A DNA stretch of 56,815 nt, from assembly GCF_001194135.2 (NCBI RefSeq), contig NC_068982.1, positions 109,698,729 to 109,755,543 on the forward strand. The letters are read 5' to 3'. Position numbers and translations under genes: made by a program. The notes beneath the pieces were generated by a model. That model had not been told where the DNA came from. It worked only from the letters and a program-made list of their open reading frames with translations, and did no database searches. This DNA is from Octopus bimaculoides (taxonomy: Eukaryota). Each line of letters starts with the position of its first letter. The stretch's first letter is position 1. This document shows positions 39,455-52,757 of the stretch, piece by piece.

Positions 39455-39828
39455 CTTTCAACATTGATCAATAGCAGAGTATGTTATAAAGATTTGAAAA
39501 TCCTTAATGATGTGGAAAAAAATGTTTTCATTCATAATGTCAGTTGGATGTTATTACACGACCCAAATTTACCTCTGTAATTATTTTGTCAGTACATGTG
39601 TGCACGAAAGTCTGTGTATGTGTGTGTGGGTGGGTGTATATTTGTGTCTGTATAACATTATTTGAGTATGCGCATGATTTTGCTGAGTGGTAATAAATGA
39701 CGGATAAAATTTTGGTTTGAATATTCGGTAACCAGAAGGTCGAAGAAGGTTAGAAACCGGCTCTTTCCCTATCGGCAAGAAATCTTGAAATAAAACTGAA
39801 CAATGACATACATACATACATACATACA

Positions 39829-39859
<31 letters not shown>

Positions 39860-42593
39860 CTCTTGTAGTATTTTGTCATTCTTCAGTGTCCTGGACACTT
39901 TCAGTGTACAGGAGAAAGCGGACAAAATATTATTCGCTTACGTACCTTTTTATTGTTATTTCAAACCCTACCGAAGCTGACTTTTACTTTGATCTTTCCA
40001 AGATAGACAAAAGAAATAAGTTTCTGCATGTTTTGCGATCAATAAAATCGACTATACGGCTGATGATGCCAACGTCTTATGACTGAAACTATTAAAAGAA
40101 TAAAAGAAGGGATATCAAAATTGACAGCAGTAATCATTGTAAATCTCTTAACGTATTTCATGATAATGAACTACTCAACTTCCCTTGTCACTCAACTGTT
40201 ATATCTGCAAATTTGCTTCCCCAGTCTATCAACAATACCCGTTTCTGCTGCCAACATTTATCCAGACTCAGAATATAAATATACCACGTATTAATTCATC
40301 GTCTCCCTTTTCGTCTCTACCCGTTAAATCTTTCACCGACTCAAAAGTTATTTGCTCACCTCTTGAGACAAAGATGACGTCGGCTCTCATCCACTGGAAA
40401 TGGACAGCAAAACTATTATGAGTGTGTCAGGTATATACCTTCACTTCTACAGCAATTTAGTGTCTTGAAAGCCGTGTGGAATTGTATACAACCACAAATA
40501 TCGAATTAGTTTTACAAGGAAGAATGCCTCAGATTAATAGAAGGGAGTAATCATGTATGGTACGGTATACATAGGGTAGAATCCGGGATCCAAAGAAACT
40601 GTTGATGGTCTACAATAGGGAACAGATAATGTACAAAAGAGTTCGTGGAAGAATTTAGTAAATTTAATTGCCATGAGGAGTGAGAAAGATCAGGTAAGTG
40701 ATGTCAGTTTGATAATAAAGTAACAAATGATGGCTGGAATACAGATAGGGTGTAACATCGGAAAAGTAGGGGATGTTTTGGGAGAGATGGTGTGAGAGTA
40801 TCAGGAACCAGAAGTAGAAGGTGGGTACAGGTGGGGAAGTTGGAACTAGAAAAGAAAAGTACACCTCTTCTCCTCTGAACATGAACATACTGCAGCATCT
40901 ATCTTAACAACTCCAACCACAAATTCTATTGACTTTCCCTTTCTTGTCCCAGTCCCCCCCCCCACATACACACACACACTTCATGTCATACTTATATTCC
41001 TGTCACACCAACTTTATTGTATCCTACATCACACCCTCCACACTCATCTTTTGCGACCTTGCAACCGAAACAAAACTGTTTTCTCCCTAATGAAACGTCA
41101 GAATCTTCACTCCCCAATGGCAAATTAGCTTATTGGACTCCCTCAGGAACCCTTCTATGGTAAGCATATGAGAGTTCTTAACCGTGAAAGTAATGTTTTA
41201 TGGCATGTAATTCGGTTTGTCTGTTTTGAGAAGTTAATTTTATATGAATCTGAATTGATATTGTATTGCAATCAGCTTCGAATTGCATCCTATCTACCAG
41301 CAATATTCTACTAAGAGATCGAGGATTATCAATTCAACAAGGCACCAGTCTATCATTGAAGAAGACTATACTCTTTAAATTTCAGAGATATATAGTTTAC
41401 AGTGGGCTGATTTACCGTGAAGAGCCAAAAACCCCTGTTTCGGGTACTTGAACTTCTTCAGAGACAGAGATCATAGAAGTTGTTTACATTACAATCACAG
41501 AATTACGAATGGGAAATGGACTGAGTAAGTAGGTTGTATAAATATTAAAGAGAAATGGTAAAAGAAAAAAAACTCTGCATGAGAGCTGTGATGAAGGGGA
41601 AAAGTTTGAAGTAAGAGCTTAGCCAATTGCAATGTGTGGGAGGTGTTGGGGTGGAGAAAATAAGATTAAATGTATTAAGAGATAAGAAAAGAGCCAAGGC
41701 AAGGCCGCATTAGATGAAAAGGAAATATACACAATAACACAGATGTACAAATTAAGTTTACTTTCTCAGCTTAGCAATTATAACCGACCAGCCCAAATCT
41801 CTTCTCTAGCTACAAGATCTATGAAGTGTTGTAACAATAACTTAATATATTTACAGAAGTCTAATCACCATTACTTTTGACCAGGTATATCGAATATGTA
41901 TCCCCCTCTATAGATTTACTTTATGCATAATCTATTGATAATAACAATATTAAATTGTCGCGTTTCATCTATGCACTTCTAAGATACATATTAGATGTAT
42001 CTTAGATGCTTGGTACTTATCTAAGAACTGGGAAATTTGAATGCTAATTACTTGATCATTTTTCAAGGCTTGAGTAAGCAACATAATGTCACTAATCTTT
42101 GCTTGTCTGATAAATAATTTGGCAATCTAGTTTCGACTCCTAGATCAATCCAGTTACCCTTAAACATGTCCTTAAAATAGGTTTCAACACTAAGCCCCTG
42201 CTAATTTGTCTTTTAGTTATATCTATATTCATGTTAAATATCAAATTGTTTAAATTGTATAACAAGCCAGTCATCGCCGTTATTCCTTAACGCATGCAAG
42301 TGACTGCATTAGAGAAAAATCAGAATAGTTGAAATCATTATGGCATACGGTTGGGAAAATATATATGAAATATACTTGCGAGAATTAGAAAAGTTTTTTT
42401 TTTAAATGACAGCAGATTAATAATTGGGAACTGAAATTAGCGTATAGTTTATGTCATGAGCATCAAACAAAGCTTATAATTACAGTCTATTAACCTTTGT
42501 CGTCTACGTCTCTAAATTTCCTTTTACTAAAGCACACACGTCATCACACATATCATTCACACACATAGAAACACACACACACACACACACACA

Positions 42594-42656
<63 letters not shown>

Positions 42657-43168
42657 CGTGTGTGTGTGTGTTTGTGTGCGCGCACGTAAGTTAGAGCGCA
42701 GGTGAAGTAATTGTTAAAAGTAATACATAAATACAATGTTTAGCTTTAATTGAATTCGAACTTTCACACTCAATTTCGAATTGAATTAATGCAAAGTATT
42801 GTATTTTTGCCAATCGTCAATGTAATGAAAAGAGTGACATTTCAAATTTAAATTATTTCCCATCGTCTGAGATGCACGTTTCGATACATTTATATCTCAT
42901 CAGCACATGGCTAATATTTTATTATTAATGAACTTAAGTAAATGTTAAGTTTTTCAAGGATATATAATAAACCACATGTTCACATGTAAAATAAAATAGC
43001 GGAGCGAATTTCGTTCTCCAGCGTTGATGCCTTCAATAATATTTGCATATTTTTCAATGAAATAGTTATTTGCAACTGGCAAGGATTTGCTTAGTAAGAG
43101 AGCAACCAATATCAGTTGAGCAGTAGAATTATTCTACCTTGCTGTGAGTTCCTATCTGTGACCAATAA

Positions 43169-44640
43169 CACTGATCAACAACCAAAATGCTTCTGAGACC
43201 AGAGTAACAATTTCCAATTAATTTTAGGTCGCTGATAATGGATGTCGTGGTTAAAACTGTTTGTTAGCCCTACTTTGCAAGATACACGCACGTATCACAA
43301 CAGATTCCAACAGGCTTGCAGCAGTATGTTTCTTACCCGTCTCACAGTCCTACTGCCCTTCAGTATTGTTCCAGCAGTCATAGGAGGTGGTTGTGCTGTG
43401 CAAGTATACATACTGAGGTGAAAGGAAGTGATTTTCTTACTTAAATTCTTTTAAAACTTATAATAAATATTCATTGAGCAAGCTATTGATATGCATGTGA
43501 GGCATTTTATATTAATTTTATTTTTCTACTGAATTATATAAACACTTCTGCGAAGCTGTCATGCTCTGTTTTATAATGATATATTTATGTACGAATTTGA
43601 TGTTCTGCTAATTGTTTGTTGCTTTCTTTTTTAAAATACCTTTGTGTGAATAAAGTAGACAACTTCTGCTACATTTGTGGTGAGGTGACCTTTGCATCAT
43701 AGAAGCGCTGTATAACTGCTATGGTTAGAAAGGTATATCACCTTTATTTTGGATGCAAAATTGGCGACTAGGATAAGTGGCCTCCTCATATGTGCTGCAA
43801 CACTTGTGCTACTAGCCTTCACCAATAATTGAACAGGAAGAGGAAAGAAACGTCATTTGTTGTGCCAATGACGTGGCGGGAGCCAACGGACCATACCAAC
43901 AATTGTTATTTCTGCACGGTATCTCCAGTTAAAAAAAGTGCTTGTCAAAGAAGAAAAAAGAGTCTATTGAATATCCAAACATTCTATTAGCTATTCGCCC
44001 AGTTCCTGATGCACCAACTTCGATATTCTTCGAGTCAGATGGCAGTAGTGAACCTTCAGTTCCTGTGGTCTATGCATCACATATGGAAGAAAGTTATGAG
44101 AATATAAAGCTTATGCTGCAATGCATAAAATATAGTGAATATCAATGGCAGTTCTGTGATGAATTAAAGGCCGTTTTCGACTCACGTTTAGACTTTTTTC
44201 CAGCGAACTATGGAGCCATTAGCGATGAACATGGTCAAGGTGGTGCTATTAAGTAAGACATAGCCTGGGCCATTACTGGCCGAAACCTATCAAAGTAAGG
44301 ATTTCACCACCATATTTCAACCACGGACAAGTGGTACCAGGGCAAATAGAGTAAAACGATACTCGCTGGACATTAGCAAGAGATTATTCTTCAACCTTCT
44401 ACAAGCGTCTAGCAAAAAGGCAGAGAGTAGATACAGACTAGCGCTTTAAACATACTGACACATATTGTACGTTGTAATAAAATAATCAAATAATACATGT
44501 CGTGTATCTTTAAGCCTATAGTTAATAAGCATTTTTCAAAGTGATATTTGGATTCAGGATATGAAAATACATAAGAATTAACTAATCTCATTTAAGAAAC
44601 ACAACTTTTCAAAAAGAAAGGTAGTTTATAGTCATGAAGG
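43169..44640 (+). mobile_element. Internally deleted DNA transposon, Chapaev(3)/CMC-like
   Basis: CVNKVDNFCYICGEVTF..YHLYFGCKIGD*DKWPPHMCCNTC..VPMTWREPTDHTNNCYFC..YPNILLAIRPVP; SVPVVYASHMEESYENIKLML..KYSEYQWQFCDELK; LDFFPANYGAISDEHG; WYQGK..WTLARD. Begins CACTGATC. The family name is from recalled Chapaev3 motifs. Confidence 0.65.
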
Positions 44641-44826
44641 GTGATAAATGCCATCGCAAATTTCATTCGTTATTCATAATGTCTGACGTTTTCCTGTCAT
44701 CACTATTGCTTTTTTCTATCACTCATATGGCATTTTCTTTCTTCCACTACTTTACAATAGTTCACATTCTTCTATTTTTAGTTGCCGTAAAAGTAATTAT
44801 CTATTATTCAGTAAGAAGGGATGCGC

Positions 44827-44968
44827 GTGAGTTCCAATTCCGCCGAAGCTGACTTTGCTTTTCATCCTTTGGGGTTCGATAAAATTAGTATCAGTGAAAC
44901 ACTGAGTTCGATGTAATTAACTAGTCCCCTCCCATGAAATTTCAAGCCTTGTGCCTTTAGTTGAGAGG
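44827..44968 (+). mobile_element. SINE family A, 5'-truncated, (ATC)n/(ATT)n tail
   Basis: tgagttccaattccgccgaagctgactttgc..aagccttgtgcctttagttgagagg. Confidence 0.85.
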
Positions 44969-45026
44969 ATCATCATCATCATCATCATCATTATCATCAT
45001 CATCATCATCGTCATCATCATCATCA

Positions 45027-45089
<63 letters not shown>

Positions 45090-45090
<1 letters not shown>

Positions 45091-45276
45091 GTCAGCGAGC
45101 TGACAGAATCGTTAGCACGCCGGGCGAAAATGCTTAGCAATATTTCGCCCGTCGCTATGTTGTGAGTTCAAATTCCGCCGAGGTCGACTTTGCTTTTCAA
45201 CCTTTCGGGGTCGATAAACTAAGTACCAATGAAACACTTGGATCGATGTAATTGACAACTCCCCTCCCCCAAATTT
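45090..45276 (+). mobile_element. SINE family A, 3'-truncated
   Basis: gtcagcgagctgacagaatcgttagcacgccgggcgaaa..gagttcaaattccgccgaggtcgac (box A/box B-like). Confidence 0.88.
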
Positions 45277-45309
45277 ATTATAATTATTATTATTATTATT
45301 ATTATTATC

Positions 45310-46200
45310 AATTCATGAAAATTCTTTGCTTATTTTGCTGAGTATGATAGAAAGTGTCAGTTGCTCACAATAAGCGATTAAGGTGACACATGTTTATTGA
45401 TCATGCTTCAAGAAGCCAGCGGAGAACTCTTGCCGTTCGAAGCAATGATGATTTTAGTTGGTGCTCTATCTTTACATTTGCACCAATCTTTTTGATTAAC
45501 GTTGGTAGTTGAGTGCTGATACTTCAAAGCGCACTAATCACTGTTGGTATCCCCTTACACTGTCTTCATTGTCACAACCTGCGTATTTCTCACTTCAATT
45601 CATCATAGTTGTTAACTTTTCTTCTTCTTTATCTTCGATCCTGTTCTCAGCAGGATATTGATTACCAGTCATGATCTTTTCTTTTCTGTTCACCACAACA
45701 ATGTCAGGTTTCCGATGTCTAATCTGATAGTCACACAGAAACCTTACATCCCATAAGATTTTGCTATCCTCATTCTCAGTAACTCCTTCTGGGATTTGGT
45801 CATACTATATTTTTGATCTTTCTAGGTCATAATTTGCTCAGAACTTCCAATAAATCATACTTGCCACATTGTAGTAACGTCTTTTATATTTCCGTTATGC
45901 AAATTGCAGGCATTCACTAACAATGTGCCACACTGTTTCACCCTTCTCACCACACATTCTGCATTAGTCGCTCGCTCTCAGTTGTGTTATCAATACCGAA
46001 CTTCACATAGTTTGTCCACAATGCTTATTCTTGTGCGGCGCATTTAAGAACTTCTGTTCCTATCTTCAGGTCACTTCTCCGCATTTATAATCACTGGCTT
46101 TCTGAATTTGTGTATCCGCTACTATTTCGCAAAACTGAGCACGCATTTTTTCCTTTTCCTGCCATTTCTTTTCTCATGTTCTAAATGTGTGCACAAGTAC
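45310..46200 (-). mobile_element. R4/Dong-like non-LTR retrotransposon 3' part, decayed
   Basis: Minus strand MRRSDLKIGTEVL.CAAQE*AL.TNYVK, CRMCGEKGETVWHIVSEC, KILWD...IRHRKPDIVVVN. The 3' end runs into GATAATAATAATAA. Confidence 0.85.
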
Positions 46201-46730
46201 TCTAACGCACAGTTTTCCACAAATATTTCTCCCATAAGTCATTGGCCGACCCGTGTATGTAGAAGAAGCCGAAGTGTTACACTGTGGAATCGAAGATGAA
46301 ATCACTTCGTGGCATAGCAATCGTATCGACGATACAGCATTACCGGCGCCCATGAGTAAGAGCGCATGCGTACCTGTGTGCTTGTGCGTGTGTATGTGGT
46401 TGTATATGTTTGTGTATGTGTGTGTGTGCGCGCGTACGTGCGCGTGTGTGTGTGTTTGTGAGGTTTGTGTAATAACTTTCATTGAGGTTTTATATTATAT
46501 TCTCTAACCTTGGCATATGACAAAAGATATTATTGTCGACTCATTGAACAATTATTACATTTTGTAAAACACACCAAAAAAGCAAAATATATACACGTCA
46601 GACGCACATACAGAGAGAGAGAGGGGATGGGGGAGTGAGAGAGAGGGAGAAAGGGAAACACACATACACAGAATTAAATACATATTTAGCCGTATATAAC
46701 AAAATCTAATTAATCTTATACACACACACA

Positions 46731-46803
<73 letters not shown>

Positions 46804-46990
46804 GTGTGTGTGTGCGTGCGTGCGTGCGCGTGCGTGCGTGTGTGTGTGTGTGTGTGTCTGTATTATATTTGTACGAATGCATGTATATATGTATATACTG
46901 AGAGAGATGTGCTTAATGCGTGTGCATATGCATATACATATATAGATGCATATATATATATATATGTATAGATATATATATATGTATATA

Positions 46991-47061
<71 letters not shown>

Positions 47062-47099
47062 GCATACATATGCATATATACACACATGTATATGTATAT

Positions 47100-47130
<31 letters not shown>

Positions 47131-47769
47131 CACACGTATACATGAATATATACTATATGAATACAAACGTACATATATAGAGTCGGGTGAGGTTGGGTGT
47201 GGTGGGTATTTATTTGGTTATTGTGCGTACTTATATTTGGCTTAATGACAGCATATGTAAGCAAGCTATTCATAAATATCCCGTGACTGAAAACTGAGAC
47301 AAAGCATGATTTTATAATACATAGTATTTAATAAGAACGTAACAACATAACATATTTTCACAGAATTGAAAGAATGTCTAGAGTAAATATTGCTGTTAAA
47401 TAGTTTACGTCATTGTTTTCTTCACTAATTTATAAAGGATAGACCTGACTTGACGTTAGTTTTAAGTAGCAACCTTATGATTTCAATCTTAATACTTAAT
47501 ATTACGTTGATTACATTGATATCACTTGAAAATATAAATAGATATTGATTTATTTTGAACTCTGCACAAAACATGTGATGAAGTTTAAATCGCTTCACTA
47601 TTAATCGAAACACTATTACGAACAAGAACTTTGCTTTACATAAATCTCTATTCTTGTTTTGTTTTGACCATGTATAAATTTTTATATTTATGGAAGTGGA
47701 GGAAATGTCCATGCTTTGTAGTATTTAGTTATTGCCACGTACATCATAAGTTCAAATACAGCCCGGGTC

Positions 47770-47885
47770 ACCTGTGCTTTTCATCCTTTTGGTTTCGATA
47801 ATATAAAGTCCTAGTCAAGTCCTAGTATGAATATAATCAATTATACACGCCCCACCAAATTTGAGGCCTTGTTCCTATGTTAGAA
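47770..47885 (+). mobile_element. SINE family A 3' half, old
   Basis: tgcttttcatccttttggtttcgataa..ccaaatttgaggccttgttcctatgttagaaa. Confidence 0.5.
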
Positions 47886-48936
47886 ATCAGCATGTAAACC
47901 TTCCGGAATTAATTCAATGCATATTAATGAGGTTGACAGTATACTGTTACTGGTGCTTTTGTTCAACCTGCGGTTAGTTCGGGCCAGTCAGATTTAAGGA
48001 TTGAAAGATTCTAACCATAACTGTTTTCCAAACATATGTTTAGGACTATATTATCTTATGTATCCTTCCCGTTTAAGATGTGATTTGCCTTTATTTCTAA
48101 GAGCATCATTCTCTGGAAAATTAACATTGCTTATATAGATTTTTCATATAATCGTTGATTTAATATCTAGTTGCAACACAAAAACTATTCTGAATGGATC
48201 AGCAACGGAAATTTCAGAAATTATCAGTAATAATGGTCAGATGGTTACAAAAATACAAAACCATGTTTTAATTACTTTAGACCTTAGCTAAATTTGAGTA
48301 TACTTTTATTACTTATTCGCGAATTAAAAGCTTCCCAGCTTCTCCTTAGTGCTCGATACGCAAGAATACTAATAAAACAAGGTCGGTAAATTATGAACAA
48401 ACACACCGGTAGGAAACCATTCATAGACAGAAAGACACAACCGTCCTGTCTTTCCTAATCATCACCCAGTCTCATATATTTTATACTCTTTCTCCTTTTC
48501 TATTGCTTGATGTTTCTCGATTACCCCATTCAGGTCATCCTATTATATATATATATATATATATTTGTACCTGGGATTTGTTTGTACAAGGCTATAGTTG
48601 TTACAAGTAGTGCGTCAAGGTGTTGTGTGACCAAAACGCTTCACCTTGTGAAAATTCATGGAAGAGTGTCAGTCTTTCCAAATATTTATTTTCTAACAAT
48701 GTCGTTAATAACATTTCATTTGAAAAAACATGACTGTCATTTCTTTTTAAATTTTAGCATCTATCCATAAAGTTGTGTTGATTATTTTGCTATTACAAGA
48801 AAAAAAAGAACATTTTGTTATTGTAATTTTTTTTGCCAAACCAGCCGCAGCTGCGACAATCTGGTTTTTACGTCTTTCTTTGATTTCATACTTCCCGTTA
48901 TATATGTATGTATGTTTCTATCTATCTATCGATATT

Positions 48937-49746
48937 TTCTCTATGTGGCCTGTGTGTTTTCTGTACTCTGTTTATCATTTTGTCTACGTTTTGTTTGCAA
49001 CATCCTGTACCCATGTAGATGTAGGTATGTACATACATGTAGGTATGTACATACATGTACGTATATATGCATATGCTCATTTATTATTTGTATTGCATCC
49101 CTGCAAGTAAGTTTTGAACTTTATATTTCTGACGCGACTCTATCTATCTTTGTATATTTCCCCCCCTCTCGTTCTTCTTTCTGTTACTACTATATCTCAT
49201 CCTGTCTCTCGTTGCTCACCTATTTTCTACTTCCTTCCCTTTTTTTCTCCCTCTACCACTCTTTCTCCTTACCCCTCGCTGGTCACGTGTGTCCAGCCCT
49301 ACTTCCTTTATTATTTTGGCTATCGCCAAGCACGCACACGAGCATTCTTCATCCCGCTTCCTTCCAGTTCGTTGCTTCACAGCGTTCAATATACAAATAT
49401 TTTTTCACGTCTGACCGTATAGCCTTTTTTGTTTATTTTCACTGTTTCGTTTTCCTGTCTTGTTTTCTGTCCGCCACTTCATTCCTCTATGGTACAAATT
49501 TAATTTGTGGTCCGTGGGAAGAGCCATTCTAACGATGCATCCTGCCCTAACACTACGAAACGCTTAGTTTTAGAATGGTGGCAGCTGATGAAGGAAATGT
49601 TCTCTATGTGGCCTGTGTTTTCTGTACTCTGTCATTTTGTCTACGTTTTATTTGCAACGTCCTGTACCCAAATATGCATCTATATATAATGTAGATGTAG
49701 GTATGTACATACATGTACGTATATATATGCATATACTCATTTATTA
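48937..49746 (+). repeat. Direct duplication: 48937-49086 repeated at 49600-49746 (period ~660 bp)
   Basis: Both copies read ttctctatgtggcctgtg..ttttctgtactctg..cattttgtctacgtttt.tttgcaac.tcctgtaccca..gtagatgtaggtatgtacatacatgta..ctcatttatta. Confidence 0.85.
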
Positions 49747-50536
49747 NNNNNNNNNNNNNNNNNNNNNNNNNNNNNNNNNNNNNNNNNNNNNNNNNNNNNN
49801 NNNNNNNNNNNNNNNNNNNNNNNNNNNNNNNNNNNNNNNNNNNNNNNNNNNNNNNNNNNNNNNNNNNNNNNNNNNNNNNNNNNNNNNNNNNNNNNNNNNN
49901 NNNNNNNNNNNNNNNNNNNNNNNNNNNNNNNNNNNNNNNNNNNNNNNNNNNNNNNNNNNNNNNNNNNNNNNNNNNNNNNNNNNNNNNNNNNNNNNNNNNN
50001 NNNNNNNNNNNNNNNNNNNNNNNNNNNNNNNNNNNNNNNNNNNNNNNNNNNNNNNNNNNNNNNNNNNNNNNNNNNNNNNNNTATACATATATGCGTGCCA
50101 TACTTAAAGCATATACATCGTTGAAAGCCTGATAAACTGCGACATTCGTCTCGAGATAGGGTTAAAAATAAATCACCGACAGACAAAAATGCTGCAGCAA
50201 TTGCGGTGCTATTGCTAAATATTTCTGTTGAACACTATACATACATACATACATACATACATACATACACACACACAGACACACACACACACACACACAC
50301 ATACATACATACACACACGCATGCACGCACACACACACCTACCTACCTACATACGTACATACATTCATACATACATACATACATACATACCCGGTTGATG
50401 TTGAAATTCCAATGAAGGAGCCTTCGATCTAGGTTAGAAACAGGCTTTTTCTCTATTGGCAAGAAATCTTGAAATAAAACTGTATAATGACATACGTACA
50501 TACATTCATACGCACATACATACACGCATATACGCA

Positions 50537-50648
<112 letters not shown>

Positions 50649-51591
50649 TACATAAAACATTTCTAATTAACAATAATAGCATCAGCTGAAATAAGAGGTC
50701 AAAAACTACAATTATCCTAGTGTTATGAATCAATCAGAAATGCCAAGTTAAATTTAATTCCTTTCCGGCAACGCTATGTTTATGAATAATGCTTTTAAGT
50801 TCACTATCACTAAACTGAATCTCTATCCTTCAAAATCCCTCTTACTTTAGTTGTATAGTAAGCAGTATATATACAAACATGTGGCTGAATTCCCAGTATT
50901 CATTGACCCTATTGTCTAACATTGGGAATATCTAAGCTAATGTAGTTAACACTCATTAAGATCCCGTGTATCGTCATGCAAACTTATCTAACATATATTT
51001 GTATCTAATATTATGAATGTAAACGCTTTCTACTCATCATGTGTGTGCATGGTTTGTCTTGTATTTGTATAGTATATTTGATGGCTGAAATACCTCTAAA
51101 ACAATAATCTTGATTTTGCATATCGTGGTAGTGGTGCCCGACAGGCATCCATCTGGCTCCAAGCTAGTCTCCCCCACTGAATTTTTCAGCATACATCTGA
51201 GAGATTCAATGGAATGTGATAGTCATTTCAATGAAATCGTCACCGTCATGAGACATAAATGAAGTGAAATTACATCAACCGGGACTTAAAACTAGACCGC
51301 CGACTAGGCTAGCATTCGACAGGCTTGACATACATGTGTGTATAGATATAAGAATCAAATTAAAGAGCTTCAAAACTATTGTTTAAAGTAGGTCTATCTA
51401 GTTTCACCAGCCGTTTCTGTCTGGATAACCTTTTGTCAGGAGAACAAAAGTGGATGACATGAGCAAGTTTTGTGATATATTGATACTATATGTTAAGGTG
51501 ATTAGTTCCTCCCAGGAATGTTTGTATGTATATAAATAATTAGTTCGCGTAAAGAATGTGCGTGTGTGTGTGTATGTGCGCGCGTGAGAGG

Positions 51592-51635
<44 letters not shown>

Positions 51636-52083
51636 ACATATACAAACTTACTCTCGCATATGTATATATCACTTGATTGCGATTAAAATAATTTTGTCTC
51701 TGTATGTATAAATACTTACATACAAATATATATACTAAAACAAAAAACTGGATAATTTGGTACATTATTCGTTCTTCCGATTGAAGTAATGTGTGTGCGT
51801 GTGTATGTGTATATGTGTGTGAACATGCATGTATTTACTAATATGTGTGCTAACGTAAAAACCATTAAAATGGCTACAGTGGACAAGTAAAACAAAGTTA
51901 TATGCGTATTCAATTTAATCTATCCCAGTCTTTTTCTGTCTGTGTCGCTTTCTGCCAGTTTCTCTCGTTCTCTCTCTCCCTCTCTCTCCTTCTCTCCCTC
52001 TCTCTCTCTGCATTTATGTATTATATATATACGCATGTATACATAAATCTGTATACATATGTATATATGACTATGTGTGTATA

Positions 52084-52116
<33 letters not shown>

Positions 52117-52757
52117 NNNNNNNNNNNNNNNNNNNNNNNNNNNNNNNNNNNNNNNNNNNNNNNNNNNNNNNNNNNNNNNNNNNNNNNNNNNNNNNNNNNN
52201 NNNNNNNNNNNNNNNNNNNNNNNNNNNNNNNNNNNNNNNNNNNNNNNNNNNNNNNNNNNNNNNNNNNNNNNNNNNNNNNNNNNNNNNNNNNNNNNNNNNN
52301 NNNNNNNNNNNNNNNNNNNNNNNNNNNNNNNNNNNNNNNNNNNNNNNNNNNNNNNNNNNNNNNNNNNNNNNNNNNNNNNNNNNNNNNNNNNNNNNNNNNN
52401 NNNNNNNNNNNNNNNNNNNNNNNNNNNNNNNNNNNNNNNNNNNNNNNNNNNNNNNNNNNNNNNNNNNNNNNNNNNNNNNNNNNNNNNNNNNNNNNNNNNN
52501 NNNNNNNNNNNNNNNNNNNNNNNNNNNNNNNNNNNNNNNNNNNNNNNNNNNNNNNNNNNNNNNNNNNNNNNNNNNNNNNNNNNNNNNNNNNNNNNNNNNN
52601 NNNNNNNNNNNNNNNNNNNNNNNNNNNNNNNNNNNNNNNNNNNNNNNNNNNNNNNNNNNNNNNNNNNNNNNNNNNNNNNNNNNNNNNNNNNNNNNNNNNN
52701 NNNNNNNNNNNNNNNNNNNNNNNNNNNNNNNNNNNNNNNNNNNNNNNNNNNNNNNNN

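Noticed and set aside
49550-49615. Hammerhead from GAAACGCTT (49557) plus CTGATGAAGG (49585)
   Set aside because: No consistent stems I, II and III could be paired in any topology.
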